Below, piece after piece: positions 51,984 to 64,000 of a DNA stretch of 64,000 nt (the stretch's first letter is position 1; each line of letters starts with the position of its first letter). The notes under the pieces were generated by a model. It ran no database searches and was not told the DNA's origin. It saw nothing but the letters and a program-made list of their open reading frames with translations. The position numbers and the translations under genes are program-made. The stretch comes from Octopus bimaculoides (lineage: Eukaryota), in the NCBI RefSeq assembly GCF_001194135.2, contig NC_068995.1, positions 45,690,960-45,754,959 of the forward strand, given 5' to 3'.

Positions 51984-52029
51984 CTTGAAGAAAAATCCAT
52001 CAGAAAGGGCAGATTTACAGTCACTGAAG
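51984..52029 (+). CDS. MAP2K1: MEK1/2 coding exon 10
   Basis: ttaaag|...|gtgaat; (C)LKKNPSERADLQSLK; 46 nt, same as human. Confidence 0.96.
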
Positions 52030-52618
52030 GTGAATTATTGCTTCTCTCTCTATCTATTTCTCTGTTTGTCTATCTGTCTCTCAACCTATTTGTGTGTCAG
52101 TCTACCTCTCTCTCTCTCTCTCTCTGTCTATCTACCTATCTGTTTATCTATTTGTGTGTCAAACTACCTCTTTGTCTACATACCTATCTGTGTCTGTCTG
52201 TCTACCTATCTATCAATCTATTTATGTGTCTATCTATTTCATATCTGTGCATCATCGTTATTACCATCATCATGTTTTAACATCCATCTTCTATGCTGGC
52301 ATGGGTTGGATGATTTGACAGATTTAAAGAGCTTAAGGACTCCATCTTACTCCAATATCTGTTATGACAAATGTTTCTACAGTGTGAACTCACTCTTTCT
52401 TTTGTGGCACCAGCACCAGTGGGGTTGCCACGCAGTTTGCGTAACTAAGATTTCTTCTGACAGTAGAGAGGGAAGTGGTTTTAAGCTAGGATATATGAGA
52501 AGTTAAAAGTATGAACAGGTTTTCTGCTACAGAGGAATTACATGGCTACTCGCACTGTTGAAGAGTGGGTGGGAGGAACCGAAGCAGAGCTAAAGTAGCA
52601 GTGATGAGGTATTGGGAT

Positions 52619-52747
52619 GCCTCTCATATAGATACCTTGGTTTGCCTCTCATATAGATACCTTGGTTTGCCTCTCGTATAGATACCTTGGTTTGCCTCTC
52701 ATACGAATACTTTGGGTTACTTCGTATAAACACCTTGGGTTGCCTCT
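52619..52747. repeat. 25-bp minisatellite
   Basis: gcctctcatatagataccttggttt, three near-perfect copies plus two degenerate. Confidence 0.9.
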
Positions 52748-54069
52748 GATGTAGGCTCCTTATTATGGCTGTGTTATCCGTAGATTGGGTGGTCTCTACT
52801 ATAAGTAACTTACTCTACTTCTGCTCTGGGCAGTTTGTACTTTCAATGTACAATATATATATATATATATATANNNNNNNNNNNNNNNNNNNNNNNNNNN
52901 NNNNNNNNNNNNNNNNNNNNNNNNNNNNNNNNNNNNNNNNNNNNNNNNNNNNNNNNNNNNNNNNNNNNNNNNNNNNNNNNNNNNNNNNNNNNNNNNNNNN
53001 NNNNNNNNNNNNNNNNNNNNNNNNNNNNNNNNNNNNNNNNNNNNNNNNNNNNNNNNNNNNNNNNNNNNNNNNNNNNNNNNNNNNNNNNNNNNNNNNNNNN
53101 NNNNNNNNNNNNNNNNNNNNNNNNNNNNNNNNNNNNNNNNNNNNNNNNNNNNNNNNNNNNNNNNNNNNNNNNNNNNNNNNNNNNNNNNNNNNNNNNNNNN
53201 NNNNNNNNNNNNNNNNNNNNNNNNNNNNNNNNNNNNNNNNNNNNNNNNNNNNNNNNNNNNNNNNNNNNNNNNATTAAGAGAATGCTGAATTTATGAGAGT
53301 TTGTCGTCGTCATCTTCTTCGTATCTTTCTTCTTCTTCTTTTTCTGGGTGCTTCTTATGTGGCACCAGCATTAATTAGTTAAGGTCACTGAGTAACTCAC
53401 AAAACCAGACCCATCAACTGAGTAGAGTGTTGTATTGAGGGAAGTGGCTTAATGCCTGGTGATACATAGCTACCCTATTAGGTAAAGAGAGAAAATAGTG
53501 AAAATATGTCTGAGGATAATCTGAAGCGACAAGGAAGAGGACTATGAGAGAAATGGTACGGAATATTGGGTTTGCAAAAGTTTGAAAGGAGAGTGGCCGA
53601 TGGATGGACGTGGTAATAGGTTAGTCCTCTTTTAGGATGCATAGGGTTGGCTCCCCAGTTTTTCTGGCGTGTATATTCCTCCCTGGATGGGATGCTGGTC
53701 TGTCACAGAATTACTCTTTTTTTTTTCCACTTGAGTGAACTGGAACAATGTGAAATGAAGTGTTTTGCTCAAGAATACAGTGCAATGCCTGGTTCAGGAA
53801 ACGAAACCGCAATCTTATGATCATGAGTCCAGTACCCTAACCATTAAGCCATGTGCTTTCACTAGAATGCAGAAAATGGTGAGGACAGTGGAGGGTGTGG
53901 TTGGCCGTGGATATCATTTGAGGTGATGGTGTGGAGGAGTAGGTCAGAGTTGTTTAGTAAATATTTTGTGTGACTTAACCCCCCAAAAAACTCAAATTAT
54001 TCTTTTTCCTTTGTTCTCAGTCTTATTTTTTTTTTCTATTTTTTAAAAAAATTCTTCACTGGACTTTAG

Positions 54070-54165
54070 GACCATCCATTTGTGAGGAAAGCCGAGGCAG
54101 AACCTATTGATGTCGGATATTGGTTATGTAAAGTAATGGGTATGGATCCGGAACAACAAGGCTGA
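54070..54165 (+). CDS. MAP2K1: MEK1/2 last coding exon with stop codon
   Basis: ctttag|; DHPFVRKAEAEPIDVGYWLCKVMGMDPEQQG*, resembling human [20 protein letters not shown]; TGA at 54163-54165. Confidence 0.93.
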   Translation, partial: DHPFVRKAEAEPIDVGYWLCKVMGMDPEQQG

Positions 54166-54263
54166 AGGCTGTTTTGATTTCTTCTTCTCTCCCCTCTCTC
54201 TCTTCTTGGGCAAGGATGGAACTGAATGCAGCAGCAGCAACAGCAGGGTCTAGTGTTGACTGT

Positions 54264-54302
<39 letters not shown>

Positions 54303-54833
54303 GACAGCGGTGGTGGTAGTGGTAGATATCATAGTTAAAAGTTATAGTCATAGTAGAAAGAAGTATTAGTAGCAGCTATCATGATGATGATGATGATGAT
54401 GGTGGTAGTGGTTGTGGGGGGGGATCAGTGAAAGGTAAGGATGAGCAATATGGAAACTACAACAACAACAATAACAACAACTCCTGAAACTGTGTGGTAA
54501 ACCACTCAGGAATTCCTAATGGTTTTGTGGTTGGGGGGGGGGGTGCAGCAGGTCACATGACCTGTGCCTCACCCAACATGGAGTTGTTTTTTCTTTCTTT
54601 TTCTCTCTCTCTCTTTGGTCTTCTACCTGAGATCAATATCTGAAACTCTCCTTGCTATATTAATAATAATAATAATATTAGTAACAACATCAACAACAAC
54701 AATAATAATGATTAGGTAAAAAATAAGTAAATAAATAAATAAAAAAAAAATATATAGATAGACAAATAGAAATGGATGTATTATCTGAATAGATTATGAA
54801 CTGGTAACTACAAATCTAAGAGATAGTCGCTGT

Positions 54834-54868
<35 letters not shown>

Positions 54869-55530
54869 TAAGTGAGGTGTTGGCCATTATCAACACGGTA
54901 CTACAAACGGCGCCATGCTGCAATTGTGAACACTGCTTGCATCATCATCATCACTACCACCATGGCGATGACCATTATCACCACCATCACCATAGCTGCT
55001 GCTGCCACTGCTAGCACTGGCACCACCACCACTACTACTACTGCCACCAATACCACTAACATGACCACAAAAACTCCACTAATAGTGATCACTTTGGATT
55101 TCATCTTCCGTCAACAAAGTCAACCAAAAGCCCAACCATAGACGATTATTTGTTTGTTTTTTTTTTTCTTTAGGAAATATTTGACACTCTTCCTGAACGT
55201 GGGTCACCCCCCCTCCCCCGTCCTCCATTTCTCTCTAAATATTTTAATTTTTTTTCTTCATCTCTTCTTCCTCTCCATTTCAGCCAATCAAATTTTGTCT
55301 GTCCATGTATACAAGGAATATATATATATATATATANNNNNNNNNNNNNNNNNNNNNNNNNNNNNNNNNNNNNNNNNNNNNNNNNNNNNNNNNNNNNNNN
55401 NNNNNNNNNNNNNNNNNNNNNNNNNNNNNNNNNNNNNNNNNNNNNNNNNNNNNNNNNNNNNNNNNNNNNNNNNNNNNNNNNNNNNNNNNNNNNNNNNNNN
55501 NNNNNNNNNNNNNNNNNNNNNNNNNNNNNN

Positions 55531-55573
<43 letters not shown>

Positions 55574-55926
55574 GTGTGTGTGTCTGTGTGAGCATGAGTG
55601 AGTGTAGACATTGATATGCAAGTGTTGTGTGTGCGTGTGCATGCACCCAATCATTAGCTCAACGCTTTAAAGGGACATAAAATGCACATGCACACAAAAG
55701 GGTGTGTATTTGCGTGCACACAAATATAGAAACAAAATGTTGTACATTAACAAGAAGCACTCTTGTCCCAGGAATGGTTTCTCTCCAGTCTGTGAATGAC
55801 CAGCTTTCCTTTCCTTCAGTTCACCTCTCTACTTTTAAGCTGTAAGAATTCTTCAGGCATCATTCATGTCTTTTCGAAATATTGCCTTACCCGACCAGCA
55901 GCCATACTGCTGGTACATCAGCATGC

Positions 55927-56002
<76 letters not shown>

Positions 56003-58260
56003 TTTTAAAATTGCATAGAAGGATGAAAAACGAGCACGATGAAAATTCACACAGGACATAGGCATGTTCATCCCTCTTTAGTTATTGTCCAAAAGTCATA
56101 ACATTTTCACACCTTTAACGTTAGTATTGTTCATTTTGGTCGTATCAAAAGCAAAAAGTTGCTGGGACTAAATGAGCAGACATCAAGGACAGTGAGAAAA
56201 AGCAAACATGATACAGGTAGTTGGTACAAATATAAATATACATATACAGAAGAAAGGCCTTACAGCTATGAGACAGTAGATATATATTTAGGTGTGTATG
56301 TGTAAGTAAAAATCCAACTTGGTTTTGTTTATGGTCGTCTACTTTTGATTTCTAGACTAATTTTCTTTGTTAGTTTCTATGGACAGTGGGTGGTGGAATT
56401 GATGGAGTTGTGGACAAAAGAAAATAAAACTCCATTCATGGTATTTAGTTATGTTCTTCCATATGTTCTGTTTGAGGGTTGACTCTGTTTTTATTCCTTC
56501 CTGATTGAATATAAGGAAGAAAAAAAAAGTTTAAGCACCTTTCATGTATAGGATCTGGGGATTTAATTAATTAAAATCCTTATAATTCCCACCTGACTTT
56601 ACTCGTGAATCAAAGAAAAAAACAAAAAAAAAACAAGACCAAACGACATTGTGGCTGTGTGCTTATGTTAGAAATTGTCTGATGTAATCCCTTGATTTCA
56701 AAAATCTGTGAACTCTTAGAAGCCAGGATCTCCAGCTGAAGAATGAAATGATGTGTGCGTGTTTGTGTGTCCAACAGGACTGGTGTTAATATTTTAATGA
56801 TTGCCTGTGCCTCTTCCTGGTGTTATGAGTTTGGAGATCTGGAAATGTTTATAACAGTTGATTGCGGGTGGTGAAAGGGTGGAAGGAAGGACTAGTGGAC
56901 TGTATACAAGGAAGGACTAGTGGACTGTATACAAATTATCACTAACGATAACAAAGAAATTGGACGGAAATTATTAAATAAAATATCGTTTCAAAAGTTG
57001 GATTTTTCTTAGTTTGTAAGTAATATGCTATATTTTATATAGTGTGTGTATATGTTTGTTAGAGTGTGTGTGTGTGTGTTGAAAACTGCAAAAATACTTT
57101 CTATCATATATAAAGTTGTAAAATAAAAGAGGTGAGCTCACACAGATAACCGTGTGTGATTGGGGGAAAGAACTGGATTAGATCCAGCCCTCCTTTGACT
57201 TCAATACTCTGCTTCTAATTTATGTTTGGTTTTGGCGGAGAAGAGAAGAAAAAGAAAAAGATCCATTTTTTTTCCTCTCCTTAGTCTAATTATGATCATT
57301 CAGCCCTCTTCACCACCACCACCACAACACTGCCGCCGCCACAATGACCACTGTAATTCTGCCTCTACCTATCTACTTGACCTCCACCCCCACTCTGGCC
57401 CCCTTTCCTCCCCCACCAAATCATGTTCCTACCTCTTCACCTGTATGTATAATAGTAGTTGTATGACAACTGTTCTACTGTGATACAGAGACATTCATCC
57501 CATTCCCTTTCTAAACTTGATAACTCTTGGCTATCACCGTTTCTCTCTCTCTCTTTCACTCACTCATTCACTCCTGTTGATCTGTCTGTCTCTCAAACAC
57601 ACACACACACACACACATATAATCTGACAGCCACAGCTGTTGGACTGTTTTGAACTCGTGGAAGCTAATTTTTACCAAGTTTTTTTTATTTTCATTACCT
57701 TTATTTTATTTTATTATTATTATTTTTTTTTTTTNNNNNNNNNNNNNNNNNNNNNNNNNNNNNNNNNNNNNNNNNNNNNNNNNNNNNNNNNNNNNNNNNN
57801 NNNNNNNNNNNNNNNNNNNNNNNNNNNNNNNNNNNNNNNNNNNNNNNNNNNNNNNNNNNNNNNNNNNNNNNNNNNNNNNNNNNNNNNNNNNNNNNNNNNN
57901 NNNNNNNNNNNNNNNNNNNNNNNNNNNNNNNNNNNNNNNNNNNNNNNNNNNNNNNNNNNNNNNNNNNNNNNNNNNNNNNNNNNNNNNNNNNNNNNNNNNN
58001 NNNNNNNNNNNNNNNNNNNNNNNNNNNNNNNNNNNNNNNNNNNNNNNNNNNNNNNNNNNNNNNNNNNNNNNNNNNNNNNNNNNNNNNNNNNNNNNNNNNN
58101 NNNNNNNNNNNNNNNNNNNNNNNNNNNNNNNNNNNNNNNNNNNNNNNNNNNNNNNNNNNNNNNNNNNNNNNNNNNNNNNNNNNNNNNNNNNNNNNNNNNN
58201 NNNNNNNNNNNTTCTTATTTATTTTTTTTTTCTCTCTTTTTAAATAAAAATAAATTTTCT
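54166..58260 (+). other. Putative long 3' UTR of MEK
   Basis: Follows the stop codon. Few SINEs, rich in simple repeats and AU-rich tracts. AATAAA at 54730, 57122 and 58243. The true 3' end is unknown. Confidence 0.4.
54264..54300. repeat. (AGC)12 microsatellite ~100 nt after the stop codon
   Basis: Direct reading of the sequence. Confidence 0.95.
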
Positions 58261-58447
58261 CACTAATCTACTTTTTATTGAAATCTTTGAATACATATTG
58301 GTTCTTTTTCTCACCTCTGCCATTTTCACCACCACCATCATCATCATCATCATCATCAAACATGTTTTTTAAAAAACCTTGTTCACTCTGTTTCAACATA
58401 TTCTTGCCCTAAATCTATATTTTTCTCAATATTATTGTTATTGTAAT

Positions 58448-61086
58448 CAAGGTGGAATAGCAGAATTGATTGAGCAGCATAAACAAATAATAATAAAAAA
58501 AAAATGCCTTGTTGTATTTAGTGCTGTTCCTTTATGAGTCTGAATCCCGCTGGGTATCGATTTTACTTTTCATCCTTCTGGAATTGATAAAATACCTGTC
58601 ATTTACTGGGGCTGAGTCAATCAATTGTATCCATCCCTCCAAATTTGTGGCCTTCTGCCAATGTTAGAAAAATCTTAATTGTTGTTGTTGTTGTTATTAT
58701 TAAGGTGGCGAGCTAGCAGAATCATTAGCACGCCAGGCAAAATGCTTAGCAGTATTTCATCTGGCCTTACGTTCTGAGTTCAAATTCTGCTGAGGTTGAC
58801 TTTGCCTTTCATCCTTCCGGGGTTGATGAATTAAGTACCAGTTACACTCCGGGGTTGATCTAATCGACTGCTCCTCCCCACCCTCCCCAAAAAATGTCAG
58901 GCCTGTGCCTATAGCAGAAAGGATCTTTATTATTTACCAAGGCAGCGAGTTGGCAGAATCGTTAACACACCGGGCAAAATGCTTAGCAGTATTTCGTCTA
59001 GCCTTACGTTCGGAGTTCAAATTCTGCCAAGATTGACTTTGCTTCTCATCCTTTTGGGGTTGATAAATTAAGTACCAGTGTGACACTGGGGTTGATGTAA
59101 TTGGCTCAACCCCCTCCCACAAGCTGCTCTTGTGGCAAAAATTTGAAATCATCATCATCATCAGCATTATTATTATCAAGATGGTGAGCTGGCAGAATCG
59201 TTAGCATGCTGGACGAAATGCTTAGAGATATTTTGCCCATTGCTATATTCTGAGTTCAAATTCCGCTAAGGTCAACTTTGCCTTTCATCGTTTAGGGGTC
59301 GATAAAATAAGTACCAGTTGAGTACTGGGATTGATGTAATTGACTATCCCCATCCTTGAGATTTCAGGCCTTGTGCCTATACTAGAAAATATTATTATTA
59401 AGGTGGCAGAATGCCCAGCTGCACTTTTTCTGACTCATTACATTTCGAGTTCAAATCCTATCGAGGTCAACTTTACCTTTCATCCTTACAAAATAGAGTA
59501 CAAGTGAAATACTGGGATCAATGCAATCAACTAACCCCTTTGCCCTAAAATTTCTAGCTTTGTACCTTAAACAGAAATAATTCGTTTGATATTGGGTCAG
59601 AATTTGAAACCATCTTATAATAAATCTGCTTGGCCCTCCATGACTTAACTCTGTCCATAATGCTTCCACGTGATTAGTTGAGGGGGAGAGAGGAGGGGGT
59701 GTTGAGAGGTGGTGATGAGTGAAATGTGTAATTTTTTTTTTTGCCCTCATTACTTAACCCATCTGTAATGCTTTGCCTCTCATTCCTTACTGGGGCAAGT
59801 ATAAGTACCTGGGTCAATTTAACCAGTCAATTCCCTACCTTTTTTTTTTTCTGTGCCTATGTTAGAAAAAATTATAGTTATTTCTATCAGGCTGGTGGAG
59901 CAACAGACAAACTACCTTGTGGTATTTAGTTGTGTGTTGATGTTGTGAGTTCAGATCCTGGCAAAGTCAAATTAGCTTTAATTTTAATTTTCTGGCTTAA
60001 GAAAGTAAATTACCAGTTATGTAATGGGAATGATTTCAACAACTTAACCCAATTATCCTTCGTTTTTTTTAAACATCTTTTTTTTTTAAGGCGCCACATG
60101 GTTCTAGGTTCAGTCTCAGTGTGTGGCACTTTGGACAAGTGTCATCTACTATAGCTCCAGGCTGACCACAGTCTTGAGTAGATCTAATAGATGGAAACTG
60201 AAAGAAGCCCATTGTATGTATATATGTATATATATATATATGTGTGTCTGTGTTTGTCCCCCACCACATTGCTTGATAACCGGTGTTGGTGTGTTTACAT
60301 CCCAGTAGCTTAGCGGTTCAGTGTAAGAGACCGATAGAATAAGTACTAGCTTAAAAAAGTACTGGGGTTGATTTATTTGACTAAAAATTCTTCGGGGTAG
60401 TACTCCAGCATGGCTGCAGTAATGACTGAAGCAGATAAAACAAAACAAACAAACAAAAAGAACAGCTTTGTATCTAAGTAATCCTTATTTTTATTAACAG
60501 TAATATATTGGGGGCTGGATACAATTGATTCCACTTGCTCCTTTCTACAACATTCGTAGTCTCACAAATACCAGAAATTTTTTTTTTTTTTTTTAAATAG
60601 GAAAGCATTGGACTGGCAGAATCATTAGGATATCAAAACAAAATACCTTGTAGTATTTATTCCGGCTCTTAAGATTCTGAGTTCAAATCCCACCAAGGTT
60701 GACTTTGCTTTTCATCCTTCCAGGATTGATAAAATAAAGTACCAGTTATGTACTGGGGGATGATGTAGTCAACCTATCCCTTCCTCTATCGAATTCGAGG
60801 CCTTGTGCCTATGTAAAATAACCTTTATTGTTCAGAGGGTGTGGTAGACATAGTATTGTTGGAGCAATAGACAAAATATCTTGTGTGGGGTGTTTTTTAT
60901 GGCGCTTCTTGTTCTGAGTTCAATTTTGCCTTTCATCCTTCTGAGATCAATAGGATAACCAGTTAAACACTGGGATTTAAATTAATCAACTGCTCTGTCC
61001 TCGGAAATTTCTGGCCTTGTGCAGAGCAAGAAATAAAATGCCTTCTGCTATATACTTATATATCTTTACGTTCTGAATTAAAATCC
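58448..61086 (+). mobile_element. Cluster of ~8-9 same-orientation family B SINEs, five directly head-to-tail
   Basis: Repeated aaggYggYgagctggcagaatc...gagttcaaat...tttgcctttcatcc...aagtaccag units starting at ~58448, 58702, 58939, 59178, 59400, 59890, 60610, 60855 and 61035, separated by (ATT/ATC/GTT)n tails. Confidence 0.85.
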
Positions 61087-62399
61087 TATCACAGGTGACC
61101 TGACCTNNNNNNNNNNNNNNNNNNNNNNNNNNNNNNNNNNNNNNNNNNNNNNNNNNNNNNNNNNNNNNNNNNNNNNNNNNNNNNNNNNNNNNNNNNNNNN
61201 NNNNNNNNNNNNNNNNNNNNNNNNNNNNCCAAATATGAGGCCTCGCACCGACATTAGAGATTTATGTTACTATTTTTGCTTTCTTTCTTTGCCCCTTTTA
61301 AACAGGAAAGAGACAATCTCAATAAGTTGTGTTTTCAAGTGTCTGTCTGTCTGTCCATCTATCTGTGTGGCTCATCAAGCCGCAAAAAATAAATTAAAAA
61401 GAAAATTTGAACACAAACCTACAACAAAAATATCCAAATTTATTTATCATCATCATTGCTATGCCATGGAATAAGGGAATATTTTAATGGTTTCTTTTTT
61501 TTTTTTACTTTCTTCTTCCTTCTTTGTCTCATGTAAAACTTTGGAATAAACAAAATATTAAAGCCTAATGAGTTTATTTGTTTATTTATGTAAAATTTTG
61601 GTAGGAAAAATTAACGATGATTGCAAGTTTTCAACTGGCCAATCATGATTCATTGTATTCCAAAGAGAAAATAAGGGAGTGTTTGTAACTTGGTACAAAA
61701 CAAATATCACAAGACTGATATACACACACAGATACATGTACATACATACATTACACATTATGAATGTGCATGTGTTTGTATATATAATGTACAATTCCAT
61801 TATTGGTGGGATCAACAAACAAAAATACTCCCTCCAGTGAGATATGTGTGTATATATATATATATATAAATATATATATTTCTTTTGAGAACTATTAGGT
61901 CTTAGCAGACACAACATGTGGTCTATTTCTAGTATATTAAATGTCCACTTTACTGGTCAACATTATATATATAAACANNNNNNNNNNNNNNNNNNNNNNN
62001 NNNNNNNNNNNNNNNNNNNNNNNNNNNNNNNNNNNNNNNNNNNNNNNNNNNNNNNNNNNNNNNNNNNNNNNNNNNNNNNNNNNNNNNNNNNNNNNNNNNN
62101 NNNNNNNNNNNNNNNNNNNNNNNNNNNNNNNNNNNNNNNNNNNNNNNNNNNNNNNNNNNNNNNNNNNNNNNNNNNNNNNNNNNNNNNNNNNNNNNNNNNN
62201 NNNNNNNNNNNNNNNNNNNNNNNNNNNNNNNNNNNNNNNNNNNNNNNNNNNNNNNNNATATATATATATACCATTTAATTTTGAGCTATTATTAGTTTCA
62301 TTGCACAAAACTAGGATTATCAGTCAAACTTGTGTAGCATACTGGGTGTTTCCAAGCAGAGGCTTTTAAAAGACTACTTAAATTTAAATACAGCTTCTC

Positions 62400-62730
62400 C
62401 TCGGGTCAAAGATTTGAGCAAAGTCAACTCCAACACTGGGACCAACTTCATGCAAGCATGAAGGCACACTGGCAAAATGCTGTTCCTCTAAATGGAAACC
62501 TTACCTGTCATTGTGGTTTTGTGGCACAAAGCAAAGCAGGCCTTGCTGTCCACTCAAGAAAACACAGTAAATGATCCACAAGCAAACTGAGTCCTCAACT
62601 TGTTACCTTTGCCAAAAGATTTGCAAGGCACCAGCAGGCCTCAAGAGACATTCGTGCCCTTAGAACATGGTTAATGCTTTATTGTACTGAAACTTCATTT
62701 GTCGTTCACGACAAGGGAATCCATCATCAC
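62400..62730 (+). mobile_element. RTE-clade LINE 3' end with two C2H2-like fingers
   Basis: FEQSQLQHW..., CHCGFVAQSKAGLAVHSRKH, CYLCQKICKAPAGLKRH, short catcatc tail. Confidence 0.65.
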
Positions 62731-64000
62731 TCACATATATATACTTATTTTCTTATGTATATCTTTTATCATTTACTTGTTTCAGTCATTACACTGTGAC
62801 CATACTGGAGCACCATCTTGGAGAATTTTTAGCTGAATAAATCAATCCCATTAGTTAGCACTTTTTTAAAGCCTGGTACTTATTCTATTGGTGTCTTTTG
62901 CCGAACTGCTAAGTTACAGGGAAGTAAAAACTTTGTAAAATTACGTTTCATCTGATGATTATAGCTTTTTTGTAATGGAGTAATTAATGTTCTCGTTCTT
63001 CTACTAAAAAATGTGTAAGAAACAGCTGTAATGAGCTGACAATGATCCATTATCTGTTATTATTCATTTGATTTTACATATATATATATAGTGCTGGTGG
63101 CACATAAAAAGCACCATTCAAGCATGGTCGATGCCAGTTCCGCCTGACTGGTTCTCATGCCGGTGGCATATAAAAAGCACCCACTACACTCTCGGAGTGG
63201 TTGGTATTAGGAAGGGGATCCAGCTGTAGAAACATTGCCAGATCATATTGGAACCTGGTACAGCCTTCTGGCTTGCTAGTTCTTATTCAAACCGTCCAAC
63301 CCATGCCAGCATGGAAAGCACATGTTAAACAATGATGATGATGACGACGTAGATATATATTTATGTGAATTATTTCATTTTTTGGAACAATGCAACAGAA
63401 GCAGCCTTTGAATTTTTTTTATACAAAGTGCATTTTTACTCAATATCTGCATGTTATTTACAGCTTAATCTGCTTCAAGTTTCAATGTTCCAAAATAGAA
63501 TTATTTCATGTTCTCTCAAGGCTTCTAGGTTCTTATAATGTCAACACAGACCCAAATACAAATGCACTTACAAGGCATTGGTTAATGTAGGCCTATTAGA
63601 GAAGATATTTGCTCAGCATGCAGCATGATGTAGTGGTGGTGTCCCCCAAATAATGTGGTTGTCAAGCAAACATCTTAACTGCACAGCCATTCCTGGGGAT
63701 AACAAAATTATGACTGACATGTTTTTCAAGACTCACAAAAGCATTGAAATATGGGGTTTCCAGAGTCTTAATATTTTAAACAACTCCCTTCATATCAAGA
63801 TACCCTTTGCAGTACATAGAGGTATATCACTTGGAAACCACTTTCCTACTGTTTTACAAAAATGGGGTGTTATATGGGAGAATGCGGTACTACATATACA
63901 GTGAAGGGGCGTGGCTTAGTGGTTAGAGGTGTTCAGCTCATGATTGTTAGGTTGTGAGTTCAGTTCCTGGTGATGCATTGCAAGACACTTTATTTCACGT

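Noticed and set aside
54163-54172. Stop-codon readthrough
   Set aside because: The context TGA-AGG is not a readthrough motif, and downstream sequence is simple repeats.

Overview
Repeat-dense, AT-rich animal genomic DNA with about 20 N-gaps. The tRNA-derived SINE families and extreme microsatellite load suggest a cephalopod, probably Octopus (inference). The window holds one recognisable protein-coding gene, a MEK1/2 (MAP2K1/Dsor1) orthologue on the + strand. Ten coding exons (21406-54165) were traced by hand with GT-AG boundaries and continuous frame; six have exactly the human MAP2K1 exon lengths. The first coding exon, which should carry the ERK-docking N-terminus, was not confidently found. 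The rest is introns and flanks filled with several SINE families, hAT and piggyBac MITEs, Tc1 and mariner fossils, a Helitron, and LINE remnants (R4/Dong, RTE, I/Jockey-like). The most notable unannotated signals are: (1) a complete minimal type I hammerhead ribozyme in sense orientation in intron 7, plus a second variant hammerhead on the - strand; (2) three long fold-back elements whose arm mismatches mostly become G:U pairs on the + strand; (3) a near-perfect 22-bp hairpin; (4) a Tc1 end 27 nt from a splice acceptor; (5) head-to-tail SINE arrays. All alignments and counts were done by eye.
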